A DNA stretch of 64,000 bases from an uncultured bacterium (GCA_963749445.1 CAVVMJ010000003.1:64715-128714), one strand, 5' to 3'; shown: positions 1-11,268, counted from the stretch's first letter. Notes: generated by a model from the sequence alone, not told the origin. Made by a program: numbers and translations.

Positions 1-729
1 CAGATAGTTCTGGACAGAACTTTTAGGAATACCTGCTTTCTTGGCTGCCGTAAAAATCTTGGCGCCTAGTTCTATCTGCCGGATGAACTCCTGCTTGACT
101 TGCGTGGCCAAACGAGCTTTGTTCTTTATCGTCTGTTTGACCAACTCCCGTATTTTCATCTGCGTTTCGTCAAACACAACAACTTGTACTTGTTCGTTTT
201 TCCCGCCATCCGCCTTTTTAACTTTCTCTAGGCAATGATAGATGACTGTGTTGGAAATCCCTGCGTTTCTGGCCGCCGCCAAAAGCTTTCTGTGCGGCGT
301 CAAGTATCTGGGCCCTTGCTCCATCTGCCGTACGAATCTATTTTTGGCTTTCGGAGTCAGGTACCCGTTGTCCGCTATCAGCCGTTTAACCCCTTCCAGA
401 ATCCGCCCCTGCTCTTCATCAGGTACACAAACTTCATGTACCCTGCGCAAACAACGGTAGACCGAAGATCTGGAAATACCCGTTCCTTTGGCAGTTTTTA
501 GCAGAACCCCAGAAGCATCAAAAACATCTACGGACGCCCCCGAAAAAACAGCTCTTTTCTTCATCTGCCGGGCGAAACTCCGCTTGGCTTCCCGAGGCAG
601 ATAATTGTTTTGTGAAATCAGCCATACGGCTTCCCGCAGAATCTGGCCCTCGGTCAGGGTCTCGCTCTCACCGCCGGCCTTGCGGTTACTAACGCTATTC
701 ATATCTCCTTCGTAGTCTCTTAACTCCAT
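1..729 (-). CDS. Tandem helix-turn-helix repeat protein (3' end runs off window)
   Basis: Not in ORF track. Manual translation from ATG 729 (GGGGTGGA upstream) is open to position 1. Three ~75-aa repeats each end in an HTH-like motif: LLKTAKGTGISRSSVYRCL, LLAAARNAGISNTVIYHCL, IFTAAKKAGIPKSSVQNYL. Confidence 0.75.
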   Translation of the reverse strand, partial: MELRDYEGDMNSVSNRKAGGESETLTEGQILREAVWLISQNNYLPREAKRSFARQMKKRAVFSGASVDVFDASGVLLKTAKGTGISRSSVYRCLRRVHEVCVPDEEQGRILEGVKRLIADNGYLTPKAKNRFVRQMEQGPRYLTPHRKLLAAARNAGISNTVIYHCLEKVKKADGGKNEQVQVVVFDETQMKIRELVKQTIKNKARLATQVKQEFIRQIELGAKIFTAAKKAGIPKSSVQNYL

Positions 730-839
730 TTCCACCCCCTTATAATTGCCGCGTCTTAAAAGCGCGGAAACTGCGCTTTTCTCACATTATATTAGTGTTC
801 TAAGGAATGATTGTCAATAACGGAACTTTCCGAAAACCA

Positions 840-866
840 AAAACCCCTCCAACTTGGAGGGGTTTT
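840..866. terminator. Bidirectional intrinsic terminator
   Basis: AAAACCCCTCCAA-C-TTGGAGGGGTTTT, downstream of the 992-aa gene. Confidence 0.7.
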
Positions 867-914
867 AAAAATCCGTGTTTATCCGTTTACCTTGATCCGT
901 GTCAATCTGTTTTT

Positions 915-3893
915 TTATTGCAAGCGCGAGTCGCCAACTGTCATGGGCGACATTATGGGTAGGGAAAAATCGTAATGGTTGGCCGGCACTATCCAGGCGG
1001 CTTGGCCGCCGTTGCTGGCAAACGTGTTCATATTCGGCACCGGAATCAGCCCGCTGTCGTGCACAAAATAGACTGTCTGCCCGCTTTTTATCCAACTGCC
1101 CCACGGATGCGAAGCCGCGGCTGTGCGCACGGTGTATCCGGAATCGGCCAGGCCGCTGCTGCCGACTTCCGCCACGTTCCCGAACTTAAAACCCAAAGCG
1201 CGGAATACGGCAGCCGAAACAAACCCGGTTTTGGTGTTTTGGTAAACAATGTACACCGTGCCGTTTTCCGAGATCAGCTGGCCATTGGCATAAATGGAAA
1301 CGCCGAGCACGCTGCTGCCGCTGCCGGAAGGATAAGTCAGATTGCCATTGGTTCCGACCGTGACATAAACGTTGGCGCAGCCGTTACTGCCGCCATAGTT
1401 CGAGCCGCTTTGGCAAATCACCACCGTGCTGTTGCCCGAAGCCAACCCTAACAAAACAATCTGGCTGCCGGAAACCGAGGCCGAAACCACATTGACATTG
1501 CTGTTACTGGAAACGCTCAAACCGTATCCGCTACCGTTGTAAGCGGTAACGTAAGCCGTTTGGCCGGCGCTTAAGCTGACGCTGGTCTGGCTTAAGGACA
1601 ACGTGCCGTTGCCGTAATTGTAACCGCCATTATAGCCGTAGCCATTGTTAACCGTCACGCCCAAACTACCGCACTGGCTGACGCCGTTTTGGCAAATGTT
1701 AAAAGTCGTATAGCCGGAGTTGGTGCCGGTAACAGTCAAGACGTTGCCCTGCATTACGGCCGAAGCCACGGTCGGCGCGGAATTTCCGGAAATGGAAAAA
1801 TTATAGCTGTACGGGCCGGTTACCGTTACATTGTTACTTTGACCAATTGTCAAATTCAAACTGGATGGGGTAAAAAAGATGTTGCTGCCATAATTGTATC
1901 CGCCGGACCCGGACACCGTCACATACAAAGTGCCACACTGGGCACTGCCGCTGGTGCAAACGGTAATATTGGATGTGCCAGAGCTGTTGGCATAAAGCGT
2001 CAGGGTATTTCCGGAAATGCTGGCCGAAACCACATTGGGACTGGTATTGGCGGAAATAAACAAACCGTAAGCGGCAAAATTATTATACACGGATACGCTC
2101 AGGCTTTGGCCGGCGTAAAGCGTGGGGTTACTTGGGCTGAAACTCAAAGTACCGCCCCCGCCGCCGTTTACCGTAACGTAAACCGTGCCGCAATTGCCGC
2201 TATAGCCGCTGGCGCAAATCGTAATGGTGCTGCTGCCGGCTGCCACGGAATTCAAATACACCACATTGCCGCTAATGGACGTGGACACGGCCGAAGGATT
2301 GGTGTTGTTGGATACATAAACCGTGCTGCCGTAGGAATTGTAAGCGGTAACCGTGGTATTTTGGCCGAGCGTCAGGCTAATGTTGGTCTGGCTCAAAGAC
2401 AGATTGCCGCTAACTCCTCCACCGCCCACGGTCGCGGTCAATGTCCCGCAAAATCCCAAAGAGCTGCTGCAAACGGTAATGTTGCTTGTACCGCTTTGAT
2501 TGGCGTAAAGGTTTAACACCGTGCCGGAAATGCTGGCCGAAACCGCGCCGGAATTGCTGTTGGAAGAGATATTATAATACTGTGCGGCGGTGCTGCCATA
2601 ATTATTGTAAGAGCTACTGTTAATGGACACGGCCAGGCTTTGTCCCACGTAAAGGCTCGGGTTTCCCGGGCTGAACCACAGGTTGGTATTGGTGCCCAAA
2701 ACGCCGCTGACTGTAACGTACACCGTGCCGCAAGTACTGCCGCCGGACGTACAAATTGTAACCGTGCTGGAGCCGGCCGCTAGACCGTATAAGCTGACTT
2801 GGCTGCCCGAAACGTTGGCCGAGACCGCGCCGCTGTTGCTGTTGCTGGAAACATAAAAACTCGGATTATAAATCGGCATGGAAGCGGTAACGGTAGTGGT
2901 TTGGCCAACATTCAGGCTCACGCTGGTCTGGCTTAAGGTTAAACCGCCCACGCTGCAGCCGTAAATCCCGCAGCCGCTACCGCTGCCGGAGACCGTAACA
3001 TAAACCGAGCCGCAGGTGCTGCCGCCGGACGTACAAATTGTAACCGTGCTGCTGCCTGAAGCCAAACCATATAAACTAATCTGGCTACCGGAAATGCTGG
3101 CCGAAACCGCGCCGCTATTGCTGTTGCTGGAAACATAAAAACTCGGATTGTAAATCGGCATTGAAGCCGTCACATAAGAAGTCTGCCCAACGTTCAAACT
3201 CACGCTGGTTTGGCTTAAGGTCAAGCCGCCGACTGAACAGCCGTAAAGCCCGCAGCCGCCACCGCTGCCGGAAACCGTCACATACACCGTACCGCAGGCG
3301 CTGCCGCTGGCGCAAATAGAAATCGTAGTGCTGCCCGAAGCCAAACCGTAAATATTGACCTGACTCCCGGAAACCGAAGCGCTGGCAACCGCGGAATTGG
3401 AGTTACTGGAAACATAAATAGTGTTGCTGTATCCATAAACGGGATAAGTCGCGGTCACCGCGGCGCTTTGACCCACGGACAAAGACAAACTGGACTGGCT
3501 CAAAGTCAATCCGCCCACGCTACAGCCGTAGTAGCCGCAGCCGCCGATGACAGGACCCGATCCGCTGCCCGAGACTGTATTGGATTGCTGTCCTCCCACG
3601 GTAACATAAATCTGCGACGCGCCGGAAAGGCCGTATGAACTGCTGCTGACATTGGTGGTAAAGTTGCCGCTGCCATCGGTATAGCCAAAATTGCTCACCG
3701 TGGTCGCCAGACTGCTGCCCGATGGCGTATAGCTTAGCTGAACGGAAGAATTAGGAGCGGCATTGCTCACGGTGAGTATTGAATTGCCGCCGTTGTTATT
3801 AACGGACAGAGTCGGATAATAAGCCGAGGCGCTCGGGGCCAAACCGAATACACTTAAGGCTCCAACAATGGCTAAAACCTTCAAATATTTCAT
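915..3893 (-). CDS. Large secreted/cell-surface protein with ~8 Ser/Gly/Asn-rich Ig-like repeats and C-terminal CPR-type anchoring repeats
   Basis: Signal peptide. Repeats LTLSQTSVSL...SNSNS...G.ST.TIC....CG.VYVTV with Cys pairs. C-terminal GQLISENGTVYIV...F..LGF motif occurs twice. Confidence 0.85.
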   Translation of the reverse strand: MKYLKVLAIVGALSVFGLAPSASAYYPTLSVNNNGGNSILTVSNAAPNSSVQLSYTPSGSSLATTVSNFGYTDGSGNFTTNVSSSSYGLSGASQIYVTVGGQQSNTVSGSGSGPVIGGCGYYGCSVGGLTLSQSSLSLSVGQSAAVTATYPVYGYSNTIYVSSNSNSAVASASVSGSQVNIYGLASGSTTISICASGSACGTVYVTVSGSGGGCGLYGCSVGGLTLSQTSVSLNVGQTSYVTASMPIYNPSFYVSSNSNSGAVSASISGSQISLYGLASGSSTVTICTSGGSTCGSVYVTVSGSGSGCGIYGCSVGGLTLSQTSVSLNVGQTTTVTASMPIYNPSFYVSSNSNSGAVSANVSGSQVSLYGLAAGSSTVTICTSGGSTCGTVYVTVSGVLGTNTNLWFSPGNPSLYVGQSLAVSINSSSYNNYGSTAAQYYNISSNSNSGAVSASISGTVLNLYANQSGTSNITVCSSSLGFCGTLTATVGGGGVSGNLSLSQTNISLTLGQNTTVTAYNSYGSTVYVSNNTNPSAVSTSISGNVVYLNSVAAGSSTITICASGYSGNCGTVYVTVNGGGGGTLSFSPSNPTLYAGQSLSVSVYNNFAAYGLFISANTSPNVVSASISGNTLTLYANSSGTSNITVCTSGSAQCGTLYVTVSGSGGYNYGSNIFFTPSSLNLTIGQSNNVTVTGPYSYNFSISGNSAPTVASAVMQGNVLTVTGTNSGYTTFNICQNGVSQCGSLGVTVNNGYGYNGGYNYGNGTLSLSQTSVSLSAGQTAYVTAYNGSGYGLSVSSNSNVNVVSASVSGSQIVLLGLASGNSTVVICQSGSNYGGSNGCANVYVTVGTNGNLTYPSGSGSSVLGVSIYANGQLISENGTVYIVYQNTKTGFVSAAVFRALGFKFGNVAEVGSSGLADSGYTVRTAAASHPWGSWIKSGQTVYFVHDSGLIPVPNMNTFASNGGQAAWIVPANHYDFSLPIMSPMTVGDSRLQ

Positions 3894-4220
3894 AGGGATG
3901 AGGATTAATTCTTAGGTTCTCTATTTTAAGCGGTTTTTTGATGTTTGTCAAGGTTAAATTTTGACCGTTTTTCGTCTTAAATACAACAAAAAATCAGGCT
4001 TTCCCCTCCTGATTTTTGGATTAAATAATCGACTACTTAATCCGAAATTCCCTTCTTTATTTGATTCTACACCTTTTCGGCAAAATAAAAAAATACACTA
4101 AAACCATCAAAAAAGGGACGGTTTAAAACCGTCCCCTACGATGGCAGGCCGAGGGCCTGCGCTACATCTCAAGTTTATTTTTGCCGATGAATAGGCCCCC
4201 ACTCAGCGTCATATCAGCGA

Positions 4221-5450
4221 CTATTTCTCACCCGCGTCCAATATCCGCTTGGTGGCCAAAATGTAGGCCGCGTTGCGGAAGGTGGTTTTATATTTTTCTT
4301 TGACCTCTAACACATCGGTAAAAGCTTGCTTAATCTGCTTTTCCAATTTTCCCAAAACCTGGGCCTTGTCCCAGGACTCATCATGCATATTCTGATACCA
4401 CTCATAATAAGAAGTACAAACGCCGCCGCTGTTGGCTAAAATGTCCGGAATTACCGTGACGCCTTTTTTGGCAAAAACTTCGTCGGCTTCCGGTGTGGTC
4501 GGACCATTAGCCATTTCCACGATTAATTTTGCCTTGATTTTGCCGGCATTTTTTTCGGTTAAAACGTTTTCCAAAGCGGCCGGAACCAGGACATCGGCCT
4601 CCAGCTCCAACAATTGTTCGTTACTGATATTCTTTGAACCGATAAAGTCCTTAAGGCCGCCCGTGGATTTTTTGTGCGCGAAAACTTTATCCATATCCAA
4701 ACCTTCCGCATTGTAAATGCCACCCTTAGAATCCGACAGCGCGACAATTTTGTACCCAGCTTCAAAAGCTTTTTTGGCGAAAAACGTGGCCACGTTGCCA
4801 AAACCCTGGACCGCGATTCTCGCGCCCTTAGGCACGTCCATAATTTTTGATTCAACGAAACTTTCAAACACCCAATAGCCGCCAAAGCCCGTAGCCTCTT
4901 CACGGCCTTGGCTCCCGCCTTTGCCAATTGGTTTGCCCGTAAAAGTCGCCAGCGACTTACTGCCGGACATTTTTTGGTATTCCTCGGTCATCCAGGTCAT
5001 AATCTGGCCGTTGGTATTGACGTCGGGAGCGGGCACATCCACTTCCGGGCCGAGCAGTCGCCACATTTTTTGCACCCAGCCGCGCGACATTTTTTCCAGT
5101 TCCGTTTCGGACAGTTCTTTGGGGTTAACGATAATTCCGCCTTTGCCGCCGCCAAACGGCACGTTAACCACCGCGTTTTTAAAGCTCATCCAAAAACTCA
5201 GCGCCCGCACTTCGTCAAGGTTTACATCTTGATGATAGCGGATACCGCCCTTGTAAGGCCCGCGATTGTTGTTGTGCTGGCTCCGAAAACCCGTAAAAAT
5301 TTTCTGCCTGCCGTTGTCCATCATTACCGGAATGGAAACTTCCACGTACCGGTCGGGAACTTTTAACTGCTCAATTTTATTCTTGTCAAAGCCGGCAATC
5401 TGCGCCGCCTGCTCAAGCTGCTTTTTTGCGCTGTCAAAAGGATTATTCAT
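4221..5450 (-). CDS. gdhA: Glu/Leu/Phe/Val dehydrogenase (glutamate dehydrogenase)
   Basis: GPYKGGIRYH, GGGKGG, DVPAPDVNT, QGFGNV, PDILANSGGV. Confidence 0.92.
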   Translation of the reverse strand: MNNPFDSAKKQLEQAAQIAGFDKNKIEQLKVPDRYVEVSIPVMMDNGRQKIFTGFRSQHNNNRGPYKGGIRYHQDVNLDEVRALSFWMSFKNAVVNVPFGGGKGGIIVNPKELSETELEKMSRGWVQKMWRLLGPEVDVPAPDVNTNGQIMTWMTEEYQKMSGSKSLATFTGKPIGKGGSQGREEATGFGGYWVFESFVESKIMDVPKGARIAVQGFGNVATFFAKKAFEAGYKIVALSDSKGGIYNAEGLDMDKVFAHKKSTGGLKDFIGSKNISNEQLLELEADVLVPAALENVLTEKNAGKIKAKLIVEMANGPTTPEADEVFAKKGVTVIPDILANSGGVCTSYYEWYQNMHDESWDKAQVLGKLEKQIKQAFTDVLEVKEKYKTTFRNAAYILATKRILDAGEK

Positions 5451-5510
5451 TTTTTTTGAATTAAGAATTATGAATTATGAATTATGAATGGGGACAAAAA
5501 CCCATAATTC

Positions 5511-6455
5511 CTAATTCCTGCTTCCTAATTCATCAGCCTGATTTTCTTTAGCTGATGATAAAACCAATAGTGTTACTGACCCTAATAATATCAAAGCTCC
5601 GACAATCTGCCAAGCCGACAGGGTAATGCCTAAAAATTTCCAGTTGACAACCGTTAAGGCCAAAGGATAGCCGAGCTCCATCAGCGTGGCCACCGAGGCT
5701 TTAGTATTGCGCAAACCGTAATAGTAGAGCAGCAGGGAGAAAAAGCCGGTGACCAGGGCAATAATAATTACGTTACGCCAAAAAAATGGCGTCATCTGAT
5801 GAAATTGGAAATGGTAGCCCACGGCTACGTAAACCGTTAAAAACAGCAGGCCAAAAACAAAGCGCATACCATTAACCAACTGCAAATCAACATCTGACAT
5901 CAAAGAGCGCCCGACCACGGTGCCGCCGGCCCACAAAATCGCGGCGCCCACGGCCAAAGCCGGGCCAAGCAGATGCAAATGGCCGGCGCTGGTCCATAGC
6001 CCGGCCGGTCCGGCCCAACCGAATGTTACCAAATAGGCGCCAATTAAAGCCGGAGCCGCAAACAGCCAAAATTTCGGAGAAAGCTTCTCTTTTAAAAATA
6101 TCACGGCCAAGCTTATTGCGAACAACGGCTGGAGTTTTTGCAAAAGCGCGGCTACGGTAAAATTATAATTCATAGCCACCGCGGCCTGCACGTACAAGAT
6201 CGCGCCCAAAGCCGAAGCCCCGGCGCCGATATAAAACAGCGCGGCCCATTGTTTTAAGGTCAATTTTTTAAAACCCGCACGCTTGGCAATTAGTCCGGGC
6301 AAACAAACAATACTGTTAATCAAATGCTCCAAAAAACCCACGAACGGCACGCTCAATCCGCCCAGCAGTAGCGGCTCGCGGAACGGCGCGTCCCCGGCCC
6401 ACAGCAGGGAGGATAAAAAAACAATCAGCGGCCCGGATTTTTTTTTGTCCATCAT
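5511..6455 (-). CDS. EamA/DMT family transporter
   Basis: ~10 TM segments, QPLFAISLAVIFLKEK motif, two-repeat architecture. Confidence 0.85.
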   Translation of the reverse strand: MMDKKKSGPLIVFLSSLLWAGDAPFREPLLLGGLSVPFVGFLEHLINSIVCLPGLIAKRAGFKKLTLKQWAALFYIGAGASALGAILYVQAAVAMNYNFTVAALLQKLQPLFAISLAVIFLKEKLSPKFWLFAAPALIGAYLVTFGWAGPAGLWTSAGHLHLLGPALAVGAAILWAGGTVVGRSLMSDVDLQLVNGMRFVFGLLFLTVYVAVGYHFQFHQMTPFFWRNVIIIALVTGFFSLLLYYYGLRNTKASVATLMELGYPLALTVVNWKFLGITLSAWQIVGALILLGSVTLLVLSSAKENQADELGSRN

Positions 6456-6853
6456 AACGTTTTAACTGATTTAATGTCTTTTCTGATTTGCCTCTTTAGC
6501 TCGGCTTCGGATTTAAATTTTTTAAACGTCCTTATATATTTCTCCAGGCTGATGACAATTTTTTTACCGTACAAATCGCCTTTAAAATTTATCAGGTGGG
6601 CTTCAATTTTCGGCAGGCCGGTTTTATCAATTGGTCCGATGACAATAGCGGCGCGAAGCCTTCGATTCGGGCGGCCAATGGCCGCCCCTACAATCTCAGC
6701 AACTCCCCCGTAGACACCTAATTTGGTCTTCATTTTGTCCCTGATGAATTGCCGACGATCGATATTCGCCGTGGGAAAACCTAAAATCCTGCCGTATTGT
6801 TGTCCCTTGGTTACCCTGCCGCTGATTCTTATTGCGTTTTTCTTGATGGGCAT
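6452..6853 (-). CDS. Stand-alone riboflavin kinase (RibF C-terminal domain)
   Basis: GRILGFPTANI, GVY, IEAHL..F.GDLYG, L..QI..D. Confidence 0.88.
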   Translation of the reverse strand: MPIKKNAIRISGRVTKGQQYGRILGFPTANIDRRQFIRDKMKTKLGVYGGVAEIVGAAIGRPNRRLRAAIVIGPIDKTGLPKIEAHLINFKGDLYGKKIVISLEKYIRTFKKFKSEAELKRQIRKDIKSVKTL

Positions 6854-6941
6854 CTTCGTGGTTGTTCTATCCTCGACCGATATTTATCATTGGTCGATAA
6901 TTATTAGTCGGAGTTTGTGGAATTTCGAAGATGCCCATCAA
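6843..6941. repeat. MITE-like ~100-bp element, family A copy 1
   Basis: 16-bp TIR TTGATGGGCATCTTCG...CGAAGATGCCCATCAA; homologous to 48989-49088 and 62285-62383. Confidence 0.85.
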
Positions 6942-6956
6942 CTAATCAACCCTTAA

Positions 6957-7370
6957 TTACTTTATAGGCTCTCCGCGGTAAGCTATTCCAAAAAAATCCT
7001 TGCCCAAAATTTTTTCCGTCTCAGTTTTGGCCGCGCGGCTGTTGTACGTTAATACCACGTCGCCCTTGATAAATTCCGTACCACCGTCAAAAATCTTGCA
7101 TTTCAATTCTTCGGGCGCAAATCCCATTACGCCGGAAACCGCCTTCACCTTATTGACAATGCCTTGATGTTGACTGAAAGCTTTATCCACCTGGGGATAG
7201 AACGGCAGTTCTTCGCAGTCCAAAAAAGTTTCGCGGCGGTTGTGAATTAAATCTGCCCAGGCGATTTTAACCGGCCGCCAATTAGCAAAAAAATAAATAC
7301 CGGCAACGATCGCAGCGATAATTAGAATAACTGATATAATTTTTCCTATCCTTAACCAAGAAAAATCCAT
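6957..7370 (-). CDS. Hypothetical membrane-anchored protein
   Basis: N-terminal TM helix, in operon with trxB. Confidence 0.7.
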   Translation of the reverse strand: MDFSWLRIGKIISVILIIAAIVAGIYFFANWRPVKIAWADLIHNRRETFLDCEELPFYPQVDKAFSQHQGIVNKVKAVSGVMGFAPEELKCKIFDGGTEFIKGDVVLTYNSRAAKTETEKILGKDFFGIAYRGEPIK

Positions 7371-7378
7371 AGCTCCAC

Positions 7379-8453
<1,075 letters not shown>

Positions 8454-8487
8454 TCTACATCTATATTGTACCAGAACCGTCAAGGAC

Positions 8488-8516
8488 TTGACAAACTCCT
8501 TAAATATCATTATAAT
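8488..8516 (+). promoter_or_regulatory. Consensus sigma70 promoter
   Basis: TTGACA-17nt-TATAAT, perfect match. Confidence 0.8.
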
Positions 8517-8618
8517 GGCCGGTCCTCCGGAAGCGGTCCACACAAGACGTGGCGGGCCAAGTCGAGGCCCATATCCGGAAGACAAAGATCAATAAGGAGG
8601 AAAAAGAAAGGAGACTTT

Positions 8619-8891
8619 ATGTCCCCGACCTTGTTCCTATTGGTAGGACTGGCAACGGTAATGTTGTTTGGCGCCAAGTTTGACACCACACAACTGAAGG
8701 CAAAGCTGAAAAAGCGAGTGCCTCCCGTTAAATTCCTGCCAAGGGCGATAGGTTTAGCTCTCATAGCAGCCCAATGTTCGGAGCTGCTTAAGATGGTAGA
8801 GCAAACCTCACTCGTCCACCTGGTGGCCGCGCTGCTGTTGTTAGCAGTCATACTGGCCACCCGATCGGGAACAGAAGTCGGGACAGAGTAG
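8619..8891 (+). CDS. Small hypothetical membrane protein (90 aa)
   Basis: AAGGAG RBS, three hydrophobic segments, own promoter, hairpins downstream. Confidence 0.7.
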   Translation: MSPTLFLLVGLATVMLFGAKFDTTQLKAKLKKRVPPVKFLPRAIGLALIAAQCSELLKMVEQTSLVHLVAALLLLAVILATRSGTEVGTE

Positions 8892-9055
8892 TCTCCTAGC
8901 GGGAGACTTTCTGCCTGTCAGAAGTTTCCTGATCAAAGAGCACCCAAATCCAATTGCGGATTTCGGGTGCTTTTTAAAACGTCTACGGAGTACGGATAGA
9001 TTACGGATATACGGATCCGTAGTTCCGTATTCCATCCATACTCCGTAGAAGAGAA

Positions 9056-10156
9056 TTACTGAAACTCCCCCAAAATCACCACGGCGTCATAACTTTGGCC
9101 ATCCCTGATATAAGTCAGCAAAATCTGCTGCCCCGCGGAATACTGCGCCAAAGCAGTGTCCAACTCGTTAAGCGCGTTAAGTTTTTGCCCGTTAACCGCC
9201 ACGATAACATCCCCGGCTTTAAGCCCCGCAGCGTCAGCGGGACTGCCGGCCGCGACTGATGATACGTACGCCCCCTGCGAAACCTTAACCGAAGACGGCG
9301 GAATTACGAATTGGCTCAAAGTGATAAATTGTACCCCCAAATAAGGACGCGAGGCCTTGCCAAAAGTCTGCAGCTGATGAACTACGTCTTTAATAGTATT
9401 TATGGGGATGGCAAAACCCAAAGCCTCGCCTTCGGTATCAATTAAAGTATTCATGCCCACGACTTCACCGGCCAAATTTATCAGCGGCCCGCCGCTGTTG
9501 CCCGGATTAATCGCCGCGTCGGTTTGGATTAAACCCTCCATGCGCGGCTGGGGTCCTGAGCTGGTGTCGGCAGAGTCCACGCTGCGCCCGAGGCCGGAAA
9601 CCACGCCGCGGGTCACGGTATTTTGGTATCGTCCCAAAGTATTGCCTATGGCAAACACGCTCTGGCCGGTTTCCAAACTCCCCGAATCGCCGAGCTTGGC
9701 CACGGGTAAATTACTGGCATCAATTTTCAGCAAAGCCACGTCGTCATATTTGTCATGACCCAAAATTTTAGCCGGATATTCGCTGCCGTCGTTAAACATT
9801 ACGGTATATTGCAAACCCGGGTCTTCCACCACATGGTTATTGGTCACAATCAAACCGTCAGCGTTAATGACAAACCCGGTGCCTTTGTCCCCCTGGGGCT
9901 GGGACTGGATAGTCGGCGCGCTGTCGTCCAAATTAACAGCCGTAGACGTACTGACTCCCAAAATGTCCACGACCGAGGCCTTAACCGTCCGCACCGCCAA
10001 AATCCCCTGCTGTTCGTCGGTCAGCGGCTGGTTTGCCGCAGGCTTAATGGGATTAAGATTAATTTTTTGCGCGATGCCGGAGTTAACAGTTAAAAATCCC
10101 GCCGCGATGAAAACTGCCGCTATTAAAATTAAATGGTACTTTTTTTTATGAGTCAT
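9056..10156 (-). CDS. htrA: HtrA/DegP-like serine protease with PDZ domain
   Basis: TNNHVV, DVALLK, IQTDAAINPGNSGGPL, C-terminal PDZ. Confidence 0.92.
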   Translation of the reverse strand: MTHKKKYHLILIAAVFIAAGFLTVNSGIAQKINLNPIKPAANQPLTDEQQGILAVRTVKASVVDILGVSTSTAVNLDDSAPTIQSQPQGDKGTGFVINADGLIVTNNHVVEDPGLQYTVMFNDGSEYPAKILGHDKYDDVALLKIDASNLPVAKLGDSGSLETGQSVFAIGNTLGRYQNTVTRGVVSGLGRSVDSADTSSGPQPRMEGLIQTDAAINPGNSGGPLINLAGEVVGMNTLIDTEGEALGFAIPINTIKDVVHQLQTFGKASRPYLGVQFITLSQFVIPPSSVKVSQGAYVSSVAAGSPADAAGLKAGDVIVAVNGQKLNALNELDTALAQYSAGQQILLTYIRDGQSYDAVVILGEFQ

Positions 10157-10191
10157 TTTATTAAAATTTAAAGATTTAAAAACGACATTTA

Positions 10192-10248
10192 TGTCGTCCC
10201 GAGTCTGACGAGGGATCTCTCACTCGGATGCTACTGCTCGGGATGACA
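10192..10248. repeat. GTCATCCC/GGGATGAC-type palindromic element
   Basis: TGTCGTCCCGAG...CTCGGGATGACA; related to 36877-36904, 53790-53831, 56163-56250. Confidence 0.6.
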
Positions 10249-10302
10249 GCTATACAATAAATAATGATTTGTCAATTTTTATATTTTTCTATTTTTAAAT
10301 TA

Positions 10303-11172
10303 TTACTCGATGTTCGCTTGGTCCAGCGCCGTCAATATCTGCTTGGTCGCCATCAGCCAGTTGGAAGTGCAGGGTTGGACGTAAACGCCGCACATTTGCT
10401 CCAGGGTTTTGTCCTTATACCGGTTTTCCAGCAGACGGTCAAAATCCAAAATCCAGTTATCAAAAGACTTATAGGCGCGCAACTGGCTGCCGCCGATGCC
10501 ACTGCAATTTTTCCACTGGCAGTGTTCGCCCAAAGTGCTCTCGGCAAAGGAAATCGCCAAAATCAATTTCCAATGTTCCTGCTCGGCAATGAAGTCGGCT
10601 TCAGGCTCCAGGGGGGAATTTTTATCTTTCAGAAATTGATGCAGCTTGGCCTTGCGGTCAGCCATCTGATCTTGGGCGGCGGAACTGGCTAAATAATCTT
10701 TCAGCATGGCCAGCGGCGTATTGAACAACATATCATTGGAAACGGCCGGGTCGGAACTGGCCGGCACATTGCCCATAACAATAGGCGCGGAAACTTCGGC
10801 GGATTCAACCTGCGGCGCGGGCTGCAGATTTTCGGCCGCGCTCTGCGGCGTCCTTAAGGCATACCACATCCCGCCGCCAAAAGCCAATATCAGGGCTAAA
10901 ACCAGCGGCGCCAACTGGGGAATACGCCTGTAAATTCCGGAAAAATTAAATCCGCGTCTAAAAACCGGATCCGACCGGAACGGGACGTTAAAAGTTTGGG
11001 CAATATGCACGCTGACCGGCACCCCCCGCTTGGGCCTCTTCATCAGCCTAATGCCGTCCATCACCAATTTACTTGCCGGTATCGGCGGTTCATTTCGCTT
11101 GATCCTTACCAGTTTCGCGCAACGCGCCGCCGAATTTTTTATGCCGTCAAAATTTTGTTTTTTGTTAGCCAC
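10303..11172 (-). CDS. Membrane-anchored protein with C-terminal lysozyme/glucosaminidase-like domain
   Basis: TM helix then LILAISFAESTLG...NCSGI motif. Confidence 0.65.
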   Translation of the reverse strand: MANKKQNFDGIKNSAARCAKLVRIKRNEPPIPASKLVMDGIRLMKRPKRGVPVSVHIAQTFNVPFRSDPVFRRGFNFSGIYRRIPQLAPLVLALILAFGGGMWYALRTPQSAAENLQPAPQVESAEVSAPIVMGNVPASSDPAVSNDMLFNTPLAMLKDYLASSAAQDQMADRKAKLHQFLKDKNSPLEPEADFIAEQEHWKLILAISFAESTLGEHCQWKNCSGIGGSQLRAYKSFDNWILDFDRLLENRYKDKTLEQMCGVYVQPCTSNWLMATKQILTALDQANIE

Positions 11173-11268
11173 GCTGTCATTATAGCACCTTTCATAAAAT
11201 CAAAAAATTCCCACGCCGGTGGGAATTTTTTTGTTGGCAAACCAAGTTAAGGCAGGCAGAAAACTCAT

